From Nitrospirota bacterium (GTDB taxonomy: Bacteria; Nitrospirota; UBA9217), in NCBI GenBank assembly GCA_963845065.1, contig CAWJQQ010000001.1, positions 416,001-480,000 of the forward strand: DNA of 64,000 bases. The letters are read 5' to 3'. The position numbers and the translations under genes were made by a program. Each line of letters begins with the position of its first letter. The stretch's first letter is position 1. This document shows positions 53,100 to 63,289 of this stretch, in pieces. Under the pieces are notes generated by a model that did not search any database, was not told the DNA's origin, and worked only from the letters and a program-made list of their open reading frames with translations.

Positions 53100-54381
53100 T
53101 CTTCACACCCGTCGAAGTAAGCTCGGCGCTGCGCAGCATCGTCTGCAGCGTCAGCCATTCACTAACGAATCCGTTGAATGGCGGCAGGGCCGAGATGGAG
53201 AGCGCCCCAACCAGGAACGCAGCAGCTGTCCACGGCATCACGCGAATCAGGCCGCCCAGTTTATCGAGGTCTCGCGTGCCGACTCGGTCGTCGATGGTGA
53301 CCGCCCCCAGTAACAACAACGATTTATACATAGAATGATTGATCATCTGATACAGCGCGGCTATGAACGCGATGCCCGCCAGCACAGGTTGCCCACTCGC
53401 AGTGAACACAAAGCCGGCGCCTAGCCCGGCGGCGATGATGCCTGCGTTCTCAATTGAGCTGTGGGCGAGCATAATCCGCAGGTCATTGTCCGTGGTCGCA
53501 TAGAGAATGCCCATCACCGCCGAGACTGTGCCTACAACCAACGCGATCTCGCCCGGCCCGACCAGCGTCAGCGGCAGGAGATCGGCGTTGACTCTGACGA
53601 TGCCGTAGAAGCCGAGGTTCAAGGTCGCACCTGCAAGTACGGGAACAAAAGCGGACGGCGCGACCTTGTAAGCCCGCGGCAGCCAAAAGTTGACGGGCAC
53701 GAGTCCAGCCTTCACACCGAAGCCGAAAAAGGAAAGAAGAAACACCGCCCATCGTACGCCCACACCGAGCGATGTGCCTGCTGCCTTAAGCGAAGAAAAA
53801 TCCATAGTACCTGCTGCAACCGCCAGGATTAGAAAAGCCACAACAAACGCCAACGCGCCGATCTCGCCCATCGCAAGCATGAGGTAGCCGGCGCGGGTGT
53901 TCTCTTTCTGTTCATGCTCGAAGTTGACGAGAAGATAGCTGAGGATCGACATAGTTTCCCACGCAAGCATGAACAGAAGAACGTCCGCCGCGATCAGCAC
54001 CAGTACGATGGACGCGAATAGGCCTAGATATAGCGCCGTGAACCACCTGAGGCTGTAGCGTCCTATGAAACGCGACAGATTGGTGGCGGCGAAAATCGAG
54101 ACAGGCAGAAAAACCAATCCGGTGATGAAAACGAACAGCGCCGAGAGGCGGTCCATATTCAGGGTGAGCGTGCTGAAGCCCGGCACAGTCCACAGAGATA
54201 TTCCCCATGTGCGGCCGGCGAACAACGTCTGGCCGCTTGCCCACAGCAAAACGAGCGACGCTAGTGAGCCGATCCATGCGAGCCACTGCGGGTTGCGGCG
54301 GTCTGGGATAAGAAGCACAAGCACGATGCCCGTGCTACATAATGCGAGGAATACACCGATCCATGTGCCCGTATCAATCAT
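52225..54381 (-). CDS. hyfB: HyfB-like membrane subunit, copy 1
   Basis: WETM, KAGLVP..WLP, LAHSSIEN, LPPFNGFVSEW. Confidence 0.9.
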   Translation of the reverse strand: MIDTGTWIGVFLALCSTGIVLVLLIPDRRNPQWLAWIGSLASLVLLWASGQTLFAGRTWGISLWTVPGFSTLTLNMDRLSALFVFITGLVFLPVSIFAATNLSRFIGRYSLRWFTALYLGLFASIVLVLIAADVLLFMLAWETMSILSYLLVNFEHEQKENTRAGYLMLAMGEIGALAFVVAFLILAVAAGTMDFSSLKAAGTSLGVGVRWAVFLLSFFGFGVKAGLVPVNFWLPRAYKVAPSAFVPVLAGATLNLGFYGIVRVNADLLPLTLVGPGEIALVVGTVSAVMGILYATTDNDLRIMLAHSSIENAGIIAAGLGAGFVFTASGQPVLAGIAFIAALYQMINHSMYKSLLLLGAVTIDDRVGTRDLDKLGGLIRVMPWTAAAFLVGALSISALPPFNGFVSEWLTLQTMLRSAELTSTGVKIVFALCGAGLALTAALAVTCFVKAFAMGFLGITRSEQARKATEPQRSAIAPMVLLAALCLLLGVLPTYVIPTLNGALSPLTGTNAADALVPPFFTDSAGHEQLPHEFVSEFHDLGAQVGQAVLPGRGLVVLHRGGKENPVVFAMSTSYMLAMLIVLLGLTYVVVRFILARNRRVTRRTCWDGGLRQLWPEMTYTATGFSNPVRVIFDAVFRPTIAEDTKETVAEHFRVAILREREEVHIVDRIILQPVKYAALRLARGLAVLHQGRINAYIAYALLSLLVVLLWVWFFQTS

Positions 54382-55142
54382 CGCGTCTCTCCCCCTGTGA
54401 CTTCAGTGGGAGAAGTCAAAGTAGCTGATGTTTTGCGTCCGACTGCTACTAACAGCCCGTGAAGTATCGCCAGCGGAGGAGGCGGGCTGCCGGGAACTTC
54501 CACGTCCACGGGTAAGATGTCCGTAACGCCGGCGCTTGATGCGAAGCTGGGACTGAACACACCACCCGAAAGCGCGCACGTGCCCACGGCGATGACCACT
54601 TTCGGAGTAGCCATCGCGTTATAAGTCTTCTCAAGCGGAAACCGCATTTGCTCCGTGCCGGGTCCGACAACTATGAGGATGTCGGCGAGTCGCGGCGTCG
54701 GAGTAATGAAAAAGCCCAAACGGTGCATGTTGTAGTACGGGTTGTTGAGCTGCTTAACCTCGTTGAGACATGCGCCACAATCGCCCGCATCCACAACGAT
54801 GATATTGACCGACCTCTTGAATTCATCACCTAATTTCCGATCTAAGTCTTTATTCCCGGCCGTGGTGGCCGCCCATTCATAGCCCTGCTTCCAGACCAGA
54901 GGAGTTGAGAGGCGGCCGCAACGGAAGCAGTGGACGCAACGGCGGTAATCCACAATGACCGAGCGTCCTACCCGGCTGATCGCGCTGGTGGGGCAGCAGT
55001 CTACGAGCAACGAAGCCTGCTCTTCGGAATACGTTCCGCCTAGCGGCAGTCCCGGCGAGATACCGGCTGCGGTCTCCTCAGTCGCGGGATAGCGCGTCGT
55101 CTTGATTCCTGTTTTGATTCCTCTGCGGACCCATTGGCTCAT
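54378..55142 (-). CDS. HyfI/NuoB-like small subunit with N-terminal ferredoxin-like segment
   Basis: CPT..CVHCFRC; DCGAC; TPRLADIL; GTCA; VPGSPPPP. Confidence 0.88.
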   Translation of the reverse strand: MSQWVRRGIKTGIKTTRYPATEETAAGISPGLPLGGTYSEEQASLLVDCCPTSAISRVGRSVIVDYRRCVHCFRCGRLSTPLVWKQGYEWAATTAGNKDLDRKLGDEFKRSVNIIVVDAGDCGACLNEVKQLNNPYYNMHRLGFFITPTPRLADILIVVGPGTEQMRFPLEKTYNAMATPKVVIAVGTCALSGGVFSPSFASSAGVTDILPVDVEVPGSPPPPLAILHGLLVAVGRKTSATLTSPTEVTGGETR

Positions 55143-55161
55143 AATTCGTTCCCTCGCCTCG

Positions 55162-56736
55162 TCAACGGTCGTTTTCGGCCACCGAAAGATCAAACGTGGC
55201 CATGATGATGGGAAAATCCTGAAACGCAAAGTTCTCAATCGCAAAATGAAAGCCGTGCCAGTTGGCGAATGACGGCGGCATAATCCGATAACGGGCGACC
55301 GATCCGTCCTCCTTGAGTCGCACCCAGTGAAAGGCCGCGCCACGCGGAGCTTCAACCAAGCCGACAGCTGCGCCGGATTTTATGTTGCACGGCGTATGGA
55401 TTGGTCCTGAGGTCAAAGCGCCTACCGCTTGCTCCATGATCTTCACGGACTGGCCCGCCTCGGCAAAAAGAATGCGCAGCCTAGCATAACCGTCACCTTC
55501 GCGTTCCATTGGTGCGTCGAACTCGAATTCCTCGTAGCCCGAATACGGTTGCGCCTTCCGCAGATCGCGGACAACGCCCGAAGCCCGGGCGACCGGGCCG
55601 ACCAGTCCGTGATTGCGGGCGTCCTCAGCGGAGACAGACCCTACCTCTTCCAGCCGGTCGAGAAAGCTGCTGGAAAATTGCAGCATCGTCTTGATCTCCT
55701 GCAAGCGATTCAATACGTCCTGCGCCGTTGCTAGCGTCTTTCGACAGGCTTCGTCATCGATATCACGGGTCAGTCCGCCGGGCGCGAGCAGGCCGAACAG
55801 GTAGCGGTGGCCGGTCAAAGCGTCGCACAACCGCAGCAGCTCTTCCTGAAGAAGAGCGGTCTGGCTGGCAGCCACGGAGAGCGCGGTCGACTCGCAAATC
55901 CCTTCAATCGCGGCGACGTGATGGCGGAAGCGTTCCAGTTCGGCAATAAAGATACGCAGCACGCGCGCCCGCGGGGGAGCTTCAGCGCCGCAAATGCGTT
56001 CAACTGCCTGACAAAACGCAAACCCATGAGCGTAGGCTGAAGTAGCGCAAAAACGTTCGGCCAGCAGCAGCGCATCTTCCACCGTACGGCCCTCGGCGAT
56101 CTTCTCGACGCCGCGATACTTGTAGAAGAGGCGGGGAATGAAGTGGATGATGTCTTCGCCTACTGTTTCCAACTGAAAGTGGACGGACTCGGCCAGCCCA
56201 GAGAAAACCGGTCCAATCGGCATCACGAACGCGCCGGGCGCCTCAACGATTCTGCACGGGGGCCACGTGTTGAGGTAGGACTCACCTTTCCTCTGTCCAT
56301 CGAAACGATGGCGCATCGGCTCTAAGCCCTCCTGCCAAATGTCATCATGCAGGACGAAATCACCCAGGCGTGGGTGGCCTTCGAAAACCAAACCGAAATG
56401 GTCTTCCTCTTCGCGCTCATGCCAGTCCGCCGCGTGCACATGCGAGCTGATGCTCGGGAATGTGCGCTCGGCCGTAGGACGGCGTACCAGAAGCTGAACC
56501 TGGGCGTCTTCCCTGTCGCCGTAGAATACGTAGCGCAGCTCCCACTCGCGTTGTCCCTCTTCAACGACCAGACCGGCGAAGGAGTAATTCAATTCGGCAA
56601 AGAGCCATCGGGACAGCTCGGCAAGCGCCTCAGGAACGCATTCCACTTCGCACAGCGGCTGTTTAGGGTTGAGGCGCGATTGCGCTCTTTCGTTCCAGCG
56701 TTTAGCGATTTCTCGTGATAAGTCGGCTGGTTTCAT
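55162..56736 (-). CDS. HyfG/NuoCD-like large subunit lacking NiFe ligands (Ehr type)
   Basis: WHERE..GLVFEGHP; KYRGVEK; ERFCATS; VEAPRG; ends DLSVAENDR. Confidence 0.9.
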   Translation of the reverse strand: MKPADLSREIAKRWNERAQSRLNPKQPLCEVECVPEALAELSRWLFAELNYSFAGLVVEEGQREWELRYVFYGDREDAQVQLLVRRPTAERTFPSISSHVHAADWHEREEEDHFGLVFEGHPRLGDFVLHDDIWQEGLEPMRHRFDGQRKGESYLNTWPPCRIVEAPGAFVMPIGPVFSGLAESVHFQLETVGEDIIHFIPRLFYKYRGVEKIAEGRTVEDALLLAERFCATSAYAHGFAFCQAVERICGAEAPPRARVLRIFIAELERFRHHVAAIEGICESTALSVAASQTALLQEELLRLCDALTGHRYLFGLLAPGGLTRDIDDEACRKTLATAQDVLNRLQEIKTMLQFSSSFLDRLEEVGSVSAEDARNHGLVGPVARASGVVRDLRKAQPYSGYEEFEFDAPMEREGDGYARLRILFAEAGQSVKIMEQAVGALTSGPIHTPCNIKSGAAVGLVEAPRGAAFHWVRLKEDGSVARYRIMPPSFANWHGFHFAIENFAFQDFPIIMATFDLSVAENDR

Positions 56737-56743
56737 TATGACC

Positions 56744-58180
56744 TCACTTTGCCAGAGCTGCCGCGGCCAGTCCCAGAAGTCGGTGCAAGGGCTCTGGCAG
56801 GTATACGCCAAATACGATGATCGGAATGGCTGCGATGACCAGAGCCAATACACTGCTGAACGGCAAATGCACTCGCGGCGAAGCAGGATTCCCATCGGGA
56901 CGGCCAAACACCATGCTGTTGATGTGGATGATGATGTTGAAAAATGCTATTGCGATGAACAGCGCGAGCAAAGCAGTCACCAGGTAGCGCCCCTGGGTCA
57001 ACCCCGCCCTCAGGATCGAGAATTCACTGAGGAAAACCGCAAAGGGCGGCGCGCCCGCAATCGCCAGGCCGCCGAAAAGCAAAGCCGCGCCTGCTACGGG
57101 CGCGGTGCGGATCAGGCCGCGCACGGAAGCAATTTGCCGCGTATCGACGGCAAGCAGGGTGGCGCCGGCGGCCAGAAAACAGAATGATTTTGTGATGCTG
57201 TGAGTCATTATCTGCATCATTGCGCTGTAATTACCGCCTGCGCCCCCGATTCCGGCGGCGGTGAAAATGATTCCCATGTGTTCGACGGTCGAGTAGGCAA
57301 ACAGGCGTTTATAGTCACGCACCTGCAGCAACAGGAAGGCGGCAACACCCACCGAAATGAGGCCGATTACCAGCAGCCAATCCTCCATATCGTTCATGGA
57401 CAATAGCGGCAGCAAACGCAGGATCACGTAGAGCGCCGTAGTTGTCTTGACGCCCGAAAGCAATGCGCAAGCGGGCGAAGGCGCCTGGCTGTGCGCGTCG
57501 GGCAACCAGGTGTGAACGGGAACAAAGCCGACTTTCACGCCGAAGCCGACAAGGATCATCAGGAACGCGGTCTTCATCAGCACCGGCGGCATGTGAGGCG
57601 CGACGGTGCGCAACCCTTCCCAAGTGTACGTTTCGCCGCCTCCGGTTTTGAAGGCCCAGAAAAGGATGAGAAAACCGAACAACGCGATGGCCGCGCCCAT
57701 GAACATCAAAGTAATATATTTCCAGGCTGCTTCCAGAGACTCGTGCGTGTTTTCGTAGGCGACGAGGAGCACGGAAAAAAGCGCTGTCAGTTCGATGGCG
57801 ATCCACTCGATATTCGGCTCAACTGCTGCGGGGACGGCGATGAGGGCGAAGAGAAAGAGATTGAAATGCACGTAGTACATGCGGAGCCTCTTATCGCTGT
57901 GCGCGATCCTATCCATGTAACCCCAGGAAAATAGAGCTGCGGTCGCGCCTGCCAGCGTGACCAAGAGCAGGATCAATGCGCTGAAGCCGTCGAGCGCGAC
58001 CCACTGTGGGATTGCCACAACGGGGTTTCCAGCGGCCGTTTGCAGGCTCGCAACAATAGCGAGGGCGAAGGCAGAGCTGGCGGCAATCAAAGTGACTGCA
58101 GGCGCGAAACGTCTTCTAAGAGGAACCCAGCAGAGCGCCATGGCCGTCAGTGGTAAAAACAGTATCACGAGCAGCATCAT
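56744..58180 (-). CDS. hyfF: HyfF-like membrane subunit
   Basis: LEAAWKY, HTWLPDAHSQAP, DYKRLFAYSTVEHMG. Confidence 0.9.
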   Translation of the reverse strand: MMLLVILFLPLTAMALCWVPLRRRFAPAVTLIAASSAFALAIVASLQTAAGNPVVAIPQWVALDGFSALILLLVTLAGATAALFSWGYMDRIAHSDKRLRMYYVHFNLFLFALIAVPAAVEPNIEWIAIELTALFSVLLVAYENTHESLEAAWKYITLMFMGAAIALFGFLILFWAFKTGGGETYTWEGLRTVAPHMPPVLMKTAFLMILVGFGVKVGFVPVHTWLPDAHSQAPSPACALLSGVKTTTALYVILRLLPLLSMNDMEDWLLVIGLISVGVAAFLLLQVRDYKRLFAYSTVEHMGIIFTAAGIGGAGGNYSAMMQIMTHSITKSFCFLAAGATLLAVDTRQIASVRGLIRTAPVAGAALLFGGLAIAGAPPFAVFLSEFSILRAGLTQGRYLVTALLALFIAIAFFNIIIHINSMVFGRPDGNPASPRVHLPFSSVLALVIAAIPIIVFGVYLPEPLHRLLGLAAAALAK

Positions 58181-58869
58181 GGCTTTGATTCCTCCTTTAA
58201 GGTCGTCAACATGCCCACCTCAGTCGTTCCGATGTGTTCATGAATAGTTCGTGTCAGCAGTCCGACGATGAAAGACAACATCAAAACGTCGAAGGCTATA
58301 GCAAGTTCCGCAAAGAGCGGCAGTTCAGGTACGATGGCGATACCAGCAAAAAAAGCCGAATTCTCCATCGCCAGCAGCCCGAGCAGCATCGGCACGGCCT
58401 CGCGGCGGGCCGAAGCCGTAAAAGCGCCGACGAGGAGTCCCGCCAGTCCGATGGAGAGGTTGACTCTGATGTAGGGGTTTCCAGCAAACTCCAACAGAGG
58501 CATTGCCAGAAACCCGGCGGAGATTGCCAGAACAAGGGCGATCAATAGCGAAGTGGGAATGTTGATGATCTGATCGATTTCGCGGCGGGAATAGATTTCA
58601 TCCCGTATGTTTCGCTTGAGCAGCCATGGAATCAGCAAAGGTTTGCTGATTACGTTGATCAAACCCACAGCGAATACATGCCATGAATGAAGTAGCGCAC
58701 TCAACAGAAACGCCGAGCAAGCCAGGAAAAGCGATTGAGCGATGAACAGGCGAAGACAGCCTTGCACTTGCCGCGTAGCCACCATGCCGAATATGCAAAG
58801 CAAGAACAGCCCGGCCGCCAATGCGTTCAGGCTGGACAACAATGAAATCAAAGAAGTGTCATTGATCAT
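58177..58869 (-). CDS. hyfE: HyfE-like membrane subunit
   Basis: KPLLIPWLL, GLLAMEN, ELAIAFDVL. Confidence 0.88.
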   Translation of the reverse strand: MINDTSLISLLSSLNALAAGLFLLCIFGMVATRQVQGCLRLFIAQSLFLACSAFLLSALLHSWHVFAVGLINVISKPLLIPWLLKRNIRDEIYSRREIDQIINIPTSLLIALVLAISAGFLAMPLLEFAGNPYIRVNLSIGLAGLLVGAFTASARREAVPMLLGLLAMENSAFFAGIAIVPELPLFAELAIAFDVLMLSFIVGLLTRTIHEHIGTTEVGMLTTLKEESKP

Positions 58870-58880
58870 GGCTTCCCTCT

Positions 58881-59831
58881 CTAAAATGTGAACACACGCG
58901 TAATCATTGCCACTACCGAAATGATGAACGCTGCACTTAGGAATTCGGCGATTCGAAACAGACGCAGCTTCGAGAGTGACGACTCAATGACCACCAGAAC
59001 CAGGACAAACACTAAAATTTTGAACAGTATGAACGGAACGGCAAGGAGAACATCACCCAACGACTGTGTCGCCGCCAATCCCCACGGCGTGACCAATACG
59101 TTTAAGAAAATGCACAGCAGTACGAAAAACTTCATCTGGCCGCCCCATTTCATCAGAGCAGCGCCTCGGCCCGAGTATTCGAGCACCTTGGATTCGTCGA
59201 TCATGGCCAGTTCGAAATGACCCGACGGGTTGTCCACAGGAATGCGCCCCCCTTCCGCGAGGATCAACATGATGAACGCCAGCATCAGCAACACGTGCGA
59301 CGGCTCGAAGAAGTTGGCTATGGGCGTTACCCATTTCTGCTGGACTATGTACGGGATTGTCGAGCCCGCTACAAAGGACACGGTAAAAAAAACGATCATG
59401 AATACCGGCTCTGCGAGGAACCCGACCATCCGCGTGCGGCTCGCGCCGATCGGGCCGTAAGGATTGCCCGTATCAACGGCTGCGAGCGTTGCAAAAAAGC
59501 CTCCCAGCGCGAGCACGAAGCCGCCGCCGAGCATATCGCCCATGAAAGCGAAGAACAGCGGATAGCTGGTGAGCACAGGGATCAGTATCGCCACGAAGAT
59601 CGGGGAGACGAAGACGATGTAAGGCGTGAACCGAAATATCCACGAAGCCTGCTCAGAGACGACTTCGTCCTTGTGAAACAATTTCCACAGGTCACGATAT
59701 GGTTGAAAAATGCTCGGGCCGCGCTTGGATTGAACGATTTCTTTGAGGCGGCTCAACACGCCCCCCACGAGAGGAGAGAAAAGCAACACCGTCAAGACCT
59801 GAACCACATTGAATATGATTCTATTTATCAT
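58881..59831 (-). CDS. hyfC: HyfC/NuoH-like membrane subunit
   Basis: QSKRGPSIFQPYRDLWKLFHK, RIPVDNP..ELAMIDE..LEYSG. Confidence 0.92.
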   Translation of the reverse strand: MINRIIFNVVQVLTVLLFSPLVGGVLSRLKEIVQSKRGPSIFQPYRDLWKLFHKDEVVSEQASWIFRFTPYIVFVSPIFVAILIPVLTSYPLFFAFMGDMLGGGFVLALGGFFATLAAVDTGNPYGPIGASRTRMVGFLAEPVFMIVFFTVSFVAGSTIPYIVQQKWVTPIANFFEPSHVLLMLAFIMLILAEGGRIPVDNPSGHFELAMIDESKVLEYSGRGAALMKWGGQMKFFVLLCIFLNVLVTPWGLAATQSLGDVLLAVPFILFKILVFVLVLVVIESSLSKLRLFRIAEFLSAAFIISVVAMITRVFTF

Positions 59832-59965
59832 GGAGCCGCCTCCGTTATCTCAGGCAGGGCAATAAATGCTGTTATTCTCGGAAAACGAAGAGCAGCGACA
59901 AGTGCAGGGCCGCCACAACGCCGCCATCCCACAGACTTCATACATAGACGAATCCCTCCGGGCAT

Positions 59966-60047
59966 AAAAAAACTCCTGCCCTCAAAATATGAGAGTAGGA
60001 GTCATTAGCCTCAGGAATCGAGGCGTTTTATGGCGAACCCCATCGCC
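59966..60047 (-). promoter_or_regulatory. canonical fluoride riboswitch + intrinsic terminator
   Basis: Minus strand: GGCGATGGGGTTCGCCATAAAACGC..GCTAATGACTCCTAC, then a hairpin + T run. Confidence 0.93.
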
Positions 60048-60060
60048 GCTGATTTATTCA

Positions 60061-60088
60061 ATAATATCAAAATAAGTTCAAATGTCAA
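60061..60088 (-). promoter_or_regulatory. sigma70-type promoter of the riboswitch-Ehr operon
   Basis: TTGACA-N16-TATTAT immediately upstream of the aptamer. Confidence 0.6.
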
Positions 60089-60866
60089 TAAGAATATCTG
60101 TGAGCGTTAGATGTTGACGAATTCGGACAGATACTTTATGTTTTGCAAAGAATGGGAACTACAACAGCTACAGAAAGATGACTGTACTGCAAGCCTCAAC
60201 AGGAAACTTACAAATTTTCGAGGATCTTTACCGTCGCGTGCTGTAATACTTCATCAGACGTTCTTGCAGCACCGAGGCTGCTATAAAGCCGATGCACAAG
60301 AGTTTTCGTAAATTACCCATCGCTTTTCGAACTAATATTTCTCCAATTCTTAGATGTTGTTATCAACATTTTTCATTAGATAAGCATGCGTTCATGGTCT
60401 GACCATTTTAAAGCCATACCACATAGTGACCGCCCAGTCAAAGGTCGTCTTCTGTTGGCACTATTGCAGTTACAATAGCTCTCGTTCGAGTCAATGGTTT
60501 GCAAAATGTCGGTTGAACACGAAATCGATTCATGATTGGTGTCTATTACAAAGATACGCATTTTCTCGGGTTGAAATAGTGCAACTTGATTGCCATGCGA
60601 GAGAATCACGCGACCTACTGATGATTTAGGACCACTCGATATTAGCAAGGCGCCTGGTAAGTTCCCCATTTGTAAATCCAACGCTTTACAGGGGGCTTGT
60701 GTGAATCGGGGCGCGGATCCCTGACGTTAATCGGCAGCAGTAATGCTCGGCTCGCCGTTATAGTCGCGTGGTAATAGTGGTAATAAATGACTATGGTTTT
60801 AGTACCGGTCTAACGCCAAGACTTATCTTGCAATTCCAACTAATTAGCCCCAAACCGCCTAGAAAC

Positions 60867-61073
60867 TTAGTACCTTATAAAATAGGGTAAGGCCATTAGC
60901 ACAATGCCGATAAGGACGATTAAAAACCAGTTCGTGACAAAATAGGGGAAAAAAATCAGCGCGACACCGGATAATAGCGCAATTCCCCGTTGTTGTTTCT
61001 TCCCGTATACAAAGTAGCCCATGCCGATTGAGCCGAATAAAAGACCCCAGAGTAACGATGCGGAACCATTCAT
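60867..61073 (-). CDS. small membrane protein
   Basis: LLFGSIGMGYFVYGKKQ..FPYFV. Confidence 0.8.
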   Translation of the reverse strand: MNGSASLLWGLLFGSIGMGYFVYGKKQQRGIALLSGVALIFFPYFVTNWFLIVLIGIVLMALPYFIRY

Positions 61074-61228
61074 TGTATTTTCCCAAAAATATAATTTGGA
61101 ATGGAAACATGCAGTCTCTTAATCTGCGCGATCAATGTAGTAGACAATTTGTTTTTCATAACTTCACCTCCTGGAATAATTATCATGCTTAAACGCTACT
61201 TATGATTTGACACAAACGCAGGTAAACT

Positions 61229-61549
61229 TTAAGTATGCGATCCGTCTTTTCTCAATGAATGATTTTTGGCATTTCCCCCCTGCCTGGCCTCGACTTCTTT
61301 TGCAGTAAAAAATGGCTCGGGAGGCAGCACTTGCAATTCGATCTGGAGTCCGTACACGGTTGCGGTCTTCGTCGCATCTGCGGACTCAGCCGGGAAAGTG
61401 CAAACAGTCATAACGATAAATATTGCTGTTGAGAATACAGTCATGCGCTTCTTCGCAGTGTTCTTAATTCTTGGATGATTATTTACTGACCAACGAATCA
61501 CTGTTTTGCAAATTGTTTCATGTATCGTGCCCGGATTTTTGCGGAACAC
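61229..61549 (-). pseudogene. probable truncated exported protein
   Basis: Signal-peptide-like segment then IELQVLPPEPFFT; ends abruptly; start uncertain. Confidence 0.3.
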
Positions 61550-61729
61550 TATTTTTTTTGATTACTAGACAGTTATATTTCCAGAGGCAGCTATATTGAA
61601 CAAGTTGGGATGCGCCAACATGCCTGATGTTTTATTCCATTGCATCACTTTTTCTTTTGAGGCGTTATTCTGTGGCAAACCGGCATATCCTCATCCATCG
61701 TTCCTCCGGCAACACCTATACTGTTGTCA

Positions 61730-63289
61730 TCACAAGTACCCAAGGCGCCGCGTCATCGCCGCCAGAACTAGTGACGCACTGACCGACCCTATGACGAGGA
61801 CGAAAGATATCAACAGGCTGTTCAGGAGGGTGGGGTTGATCAGGAGAACCGCGCCGAGCCCCAGCATCATGGTCCCGGATACGAGCTTCAGGACCCGTGC
61901 ATGCCGTTCGGTAAGCTTCCTGCTGGTAAGAGTAATCGTAAACCCCAAGACAATGACAAAAAGCGGGATGACGCGCACCACATTATACAAAATGAGATAC
62001 AGATAGGACGATAAGTAAGAACGGCCATTTAGTGTCAGGATCCGTGTGAATACCATCGGAAACCCCGCCGTGCACAAGAGCTCGTAGAAGTTCGCCATGA
62101 TCGCGAGGACCATCGTTCCGGCGAGGACAGATAAGAAAGATGTGGAACGGAGAAGTTTCCGTATCCGTCCAAAGAGCCGTGGCTTTGCGCTGTCGGGAAT
62201 CGTAAGGGAGACACCCTTCTTGAAGATGAAGAAATCCTTGATATTGATGGTTGCGATCACTAAGGAAATGGCGCCCGCAGTCACAGTGATAGCCAACACA
62301 TTGCCCATGACAAGGAACAGGTTCAACCAGGCGGTCATGAACAGAAAGTAGATGAACCCGGAGATGAAGACAAACACACCGCCGACGATGAGCATCTTTT
62401 TCCGCGATCCGCCGTGGACCAAGAGCCCCAGAAGCGACAGAAGTACGAAGAAGGCGCAGGGATTGAAGCTGTCCATTCCCGCGATGGCGAGAGTCAGTAG
62501 GGGGAGGGAGGCGCTGCGAACGTCGAGCGTGCCGAGAAACGGGATGTCAAAGGAATTGCCCGGTGCTCCTCCTAAAAAGGCTGATTCCGATCCCAACCGA
62601 CCCAGGCGCTGCATGTCTCGGAAATACCCTTGCTCTTTCAGGAGGTCGGCAGGGTCCATACAGGACCGTTCCCTGCATTCGCGTATTGCCCTCTCCATCG
62701 CACCTTGAATCCGTTTTGAAAATCCCTCAAAGATCTGGTTGCCGATAAACGTAATCGGGACGCCAGAAGCCTGCCTTGTGTGTACATTCATCAAAGCGGT
62801 CAACAGTTTAAGATTCTGATTGTTGTGCAGGACTTCGTACTCCTTGATATCAAGATCAGGATGGTCATGTAAGAGAATGGCCAAAAAACGCTTCTCTTCT
62901 TCGCAGTGGGTACACCCCTCGCCCCAAAACAGATACACGTTGACCTTGCTGTCCCGTAACGGGGATGTCCGGCTATTATGTTCCTGCTGGATGGCATGCG
63001 TTACCTGTACACTACTGGTGATAGACTGCTGCAGAAGACCCTTCCACGGCTGGTCAAGCAACGCGAACTTTTGTTCCTGGTCTTTGTTCATGCCACTGCC
63101 GACCTCGATCAGTCCTGAGCGGGGAGGACACGCGCATTCTGTTGATTGCGTATACGTTGCATATGCTGCCGTTCTGGCTACAAGCAGCAGCGTTACACAG
63201 AGCATTCCTACTTTCAGGAAAGATACCGTCTGCGGGCGGGGGCTGCGTGAATCCTCAGAGTTGCGGTTAACAGAGCGCTGAAAATGCAT
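61730..63289 (-). CDS. glutaredoxin-like domain fused to a DsbD/CcdA-type membrane domain
   Basis: FWGEGCTHC, SGVP, DSFNPCAFFVL, ELLCTAGFP; start uncertain. Confidence 0.85.
   Translation of the reverse strand: MHFQRSVNRNSEDSRSPRPQTVSFLKVGMLCVTLLLVARTAAYATYTQSTECACPPRSGLIEVGSGMNKDQEQKFALLDQPWKGLLQQSITSSVQVTHAIQQEHNSRTSPLRDSKVNVYLFWGEGCTHCEEEKRFLAILLHDHPDLDIKEYEVLHNNQNLKLLTALMNVHTRQASGVPITFIGNQIFEGFSKRIQGAMERAIRECRERSCMDPADLLKEQGYFRDMQRLGRLGSESAFLGGAPGNSFDIPFLGTLDVRSASLPLLTLAIAGMDSFNPCAFFVLLSLLGLLVHGGSRKKMLIVGGVFVFISGFIYFLFMTAWLNLFLVMGNVLAITVTAGAISLVIATINIKDFFIFKKGVSLTIPDSAKPRLFGRIRKLLRSTSFLSVLAGTMVLAIMANFYELLCTAGFPMVFTRILTLNGRSYLSSYLYLILYNVVRVIPLFVIVLGFTITLTSRKLTERHARVLKLVSGTMMLGLGAVLLINPTLLNSLLISFVLVIGSVSASLVLAAMTRRLGYL

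Noticed and set aside
55162..56736. Active NiFe hydrogenase / formate hydrogenlyase
   Set aside because: Both CxxC Ni-binding motifs are disrupted
47767..60008. Numerous plus-strand ORFs over the fluoride island
   Set aside because: Antisense shadows of well-supported GC-rich minus-strand genes
61070..61159. 29-aa ORF with GGAGG RBS overlapping the next start (ATGA)
   Set aside because: Too short to support without homologues; may be a remnant
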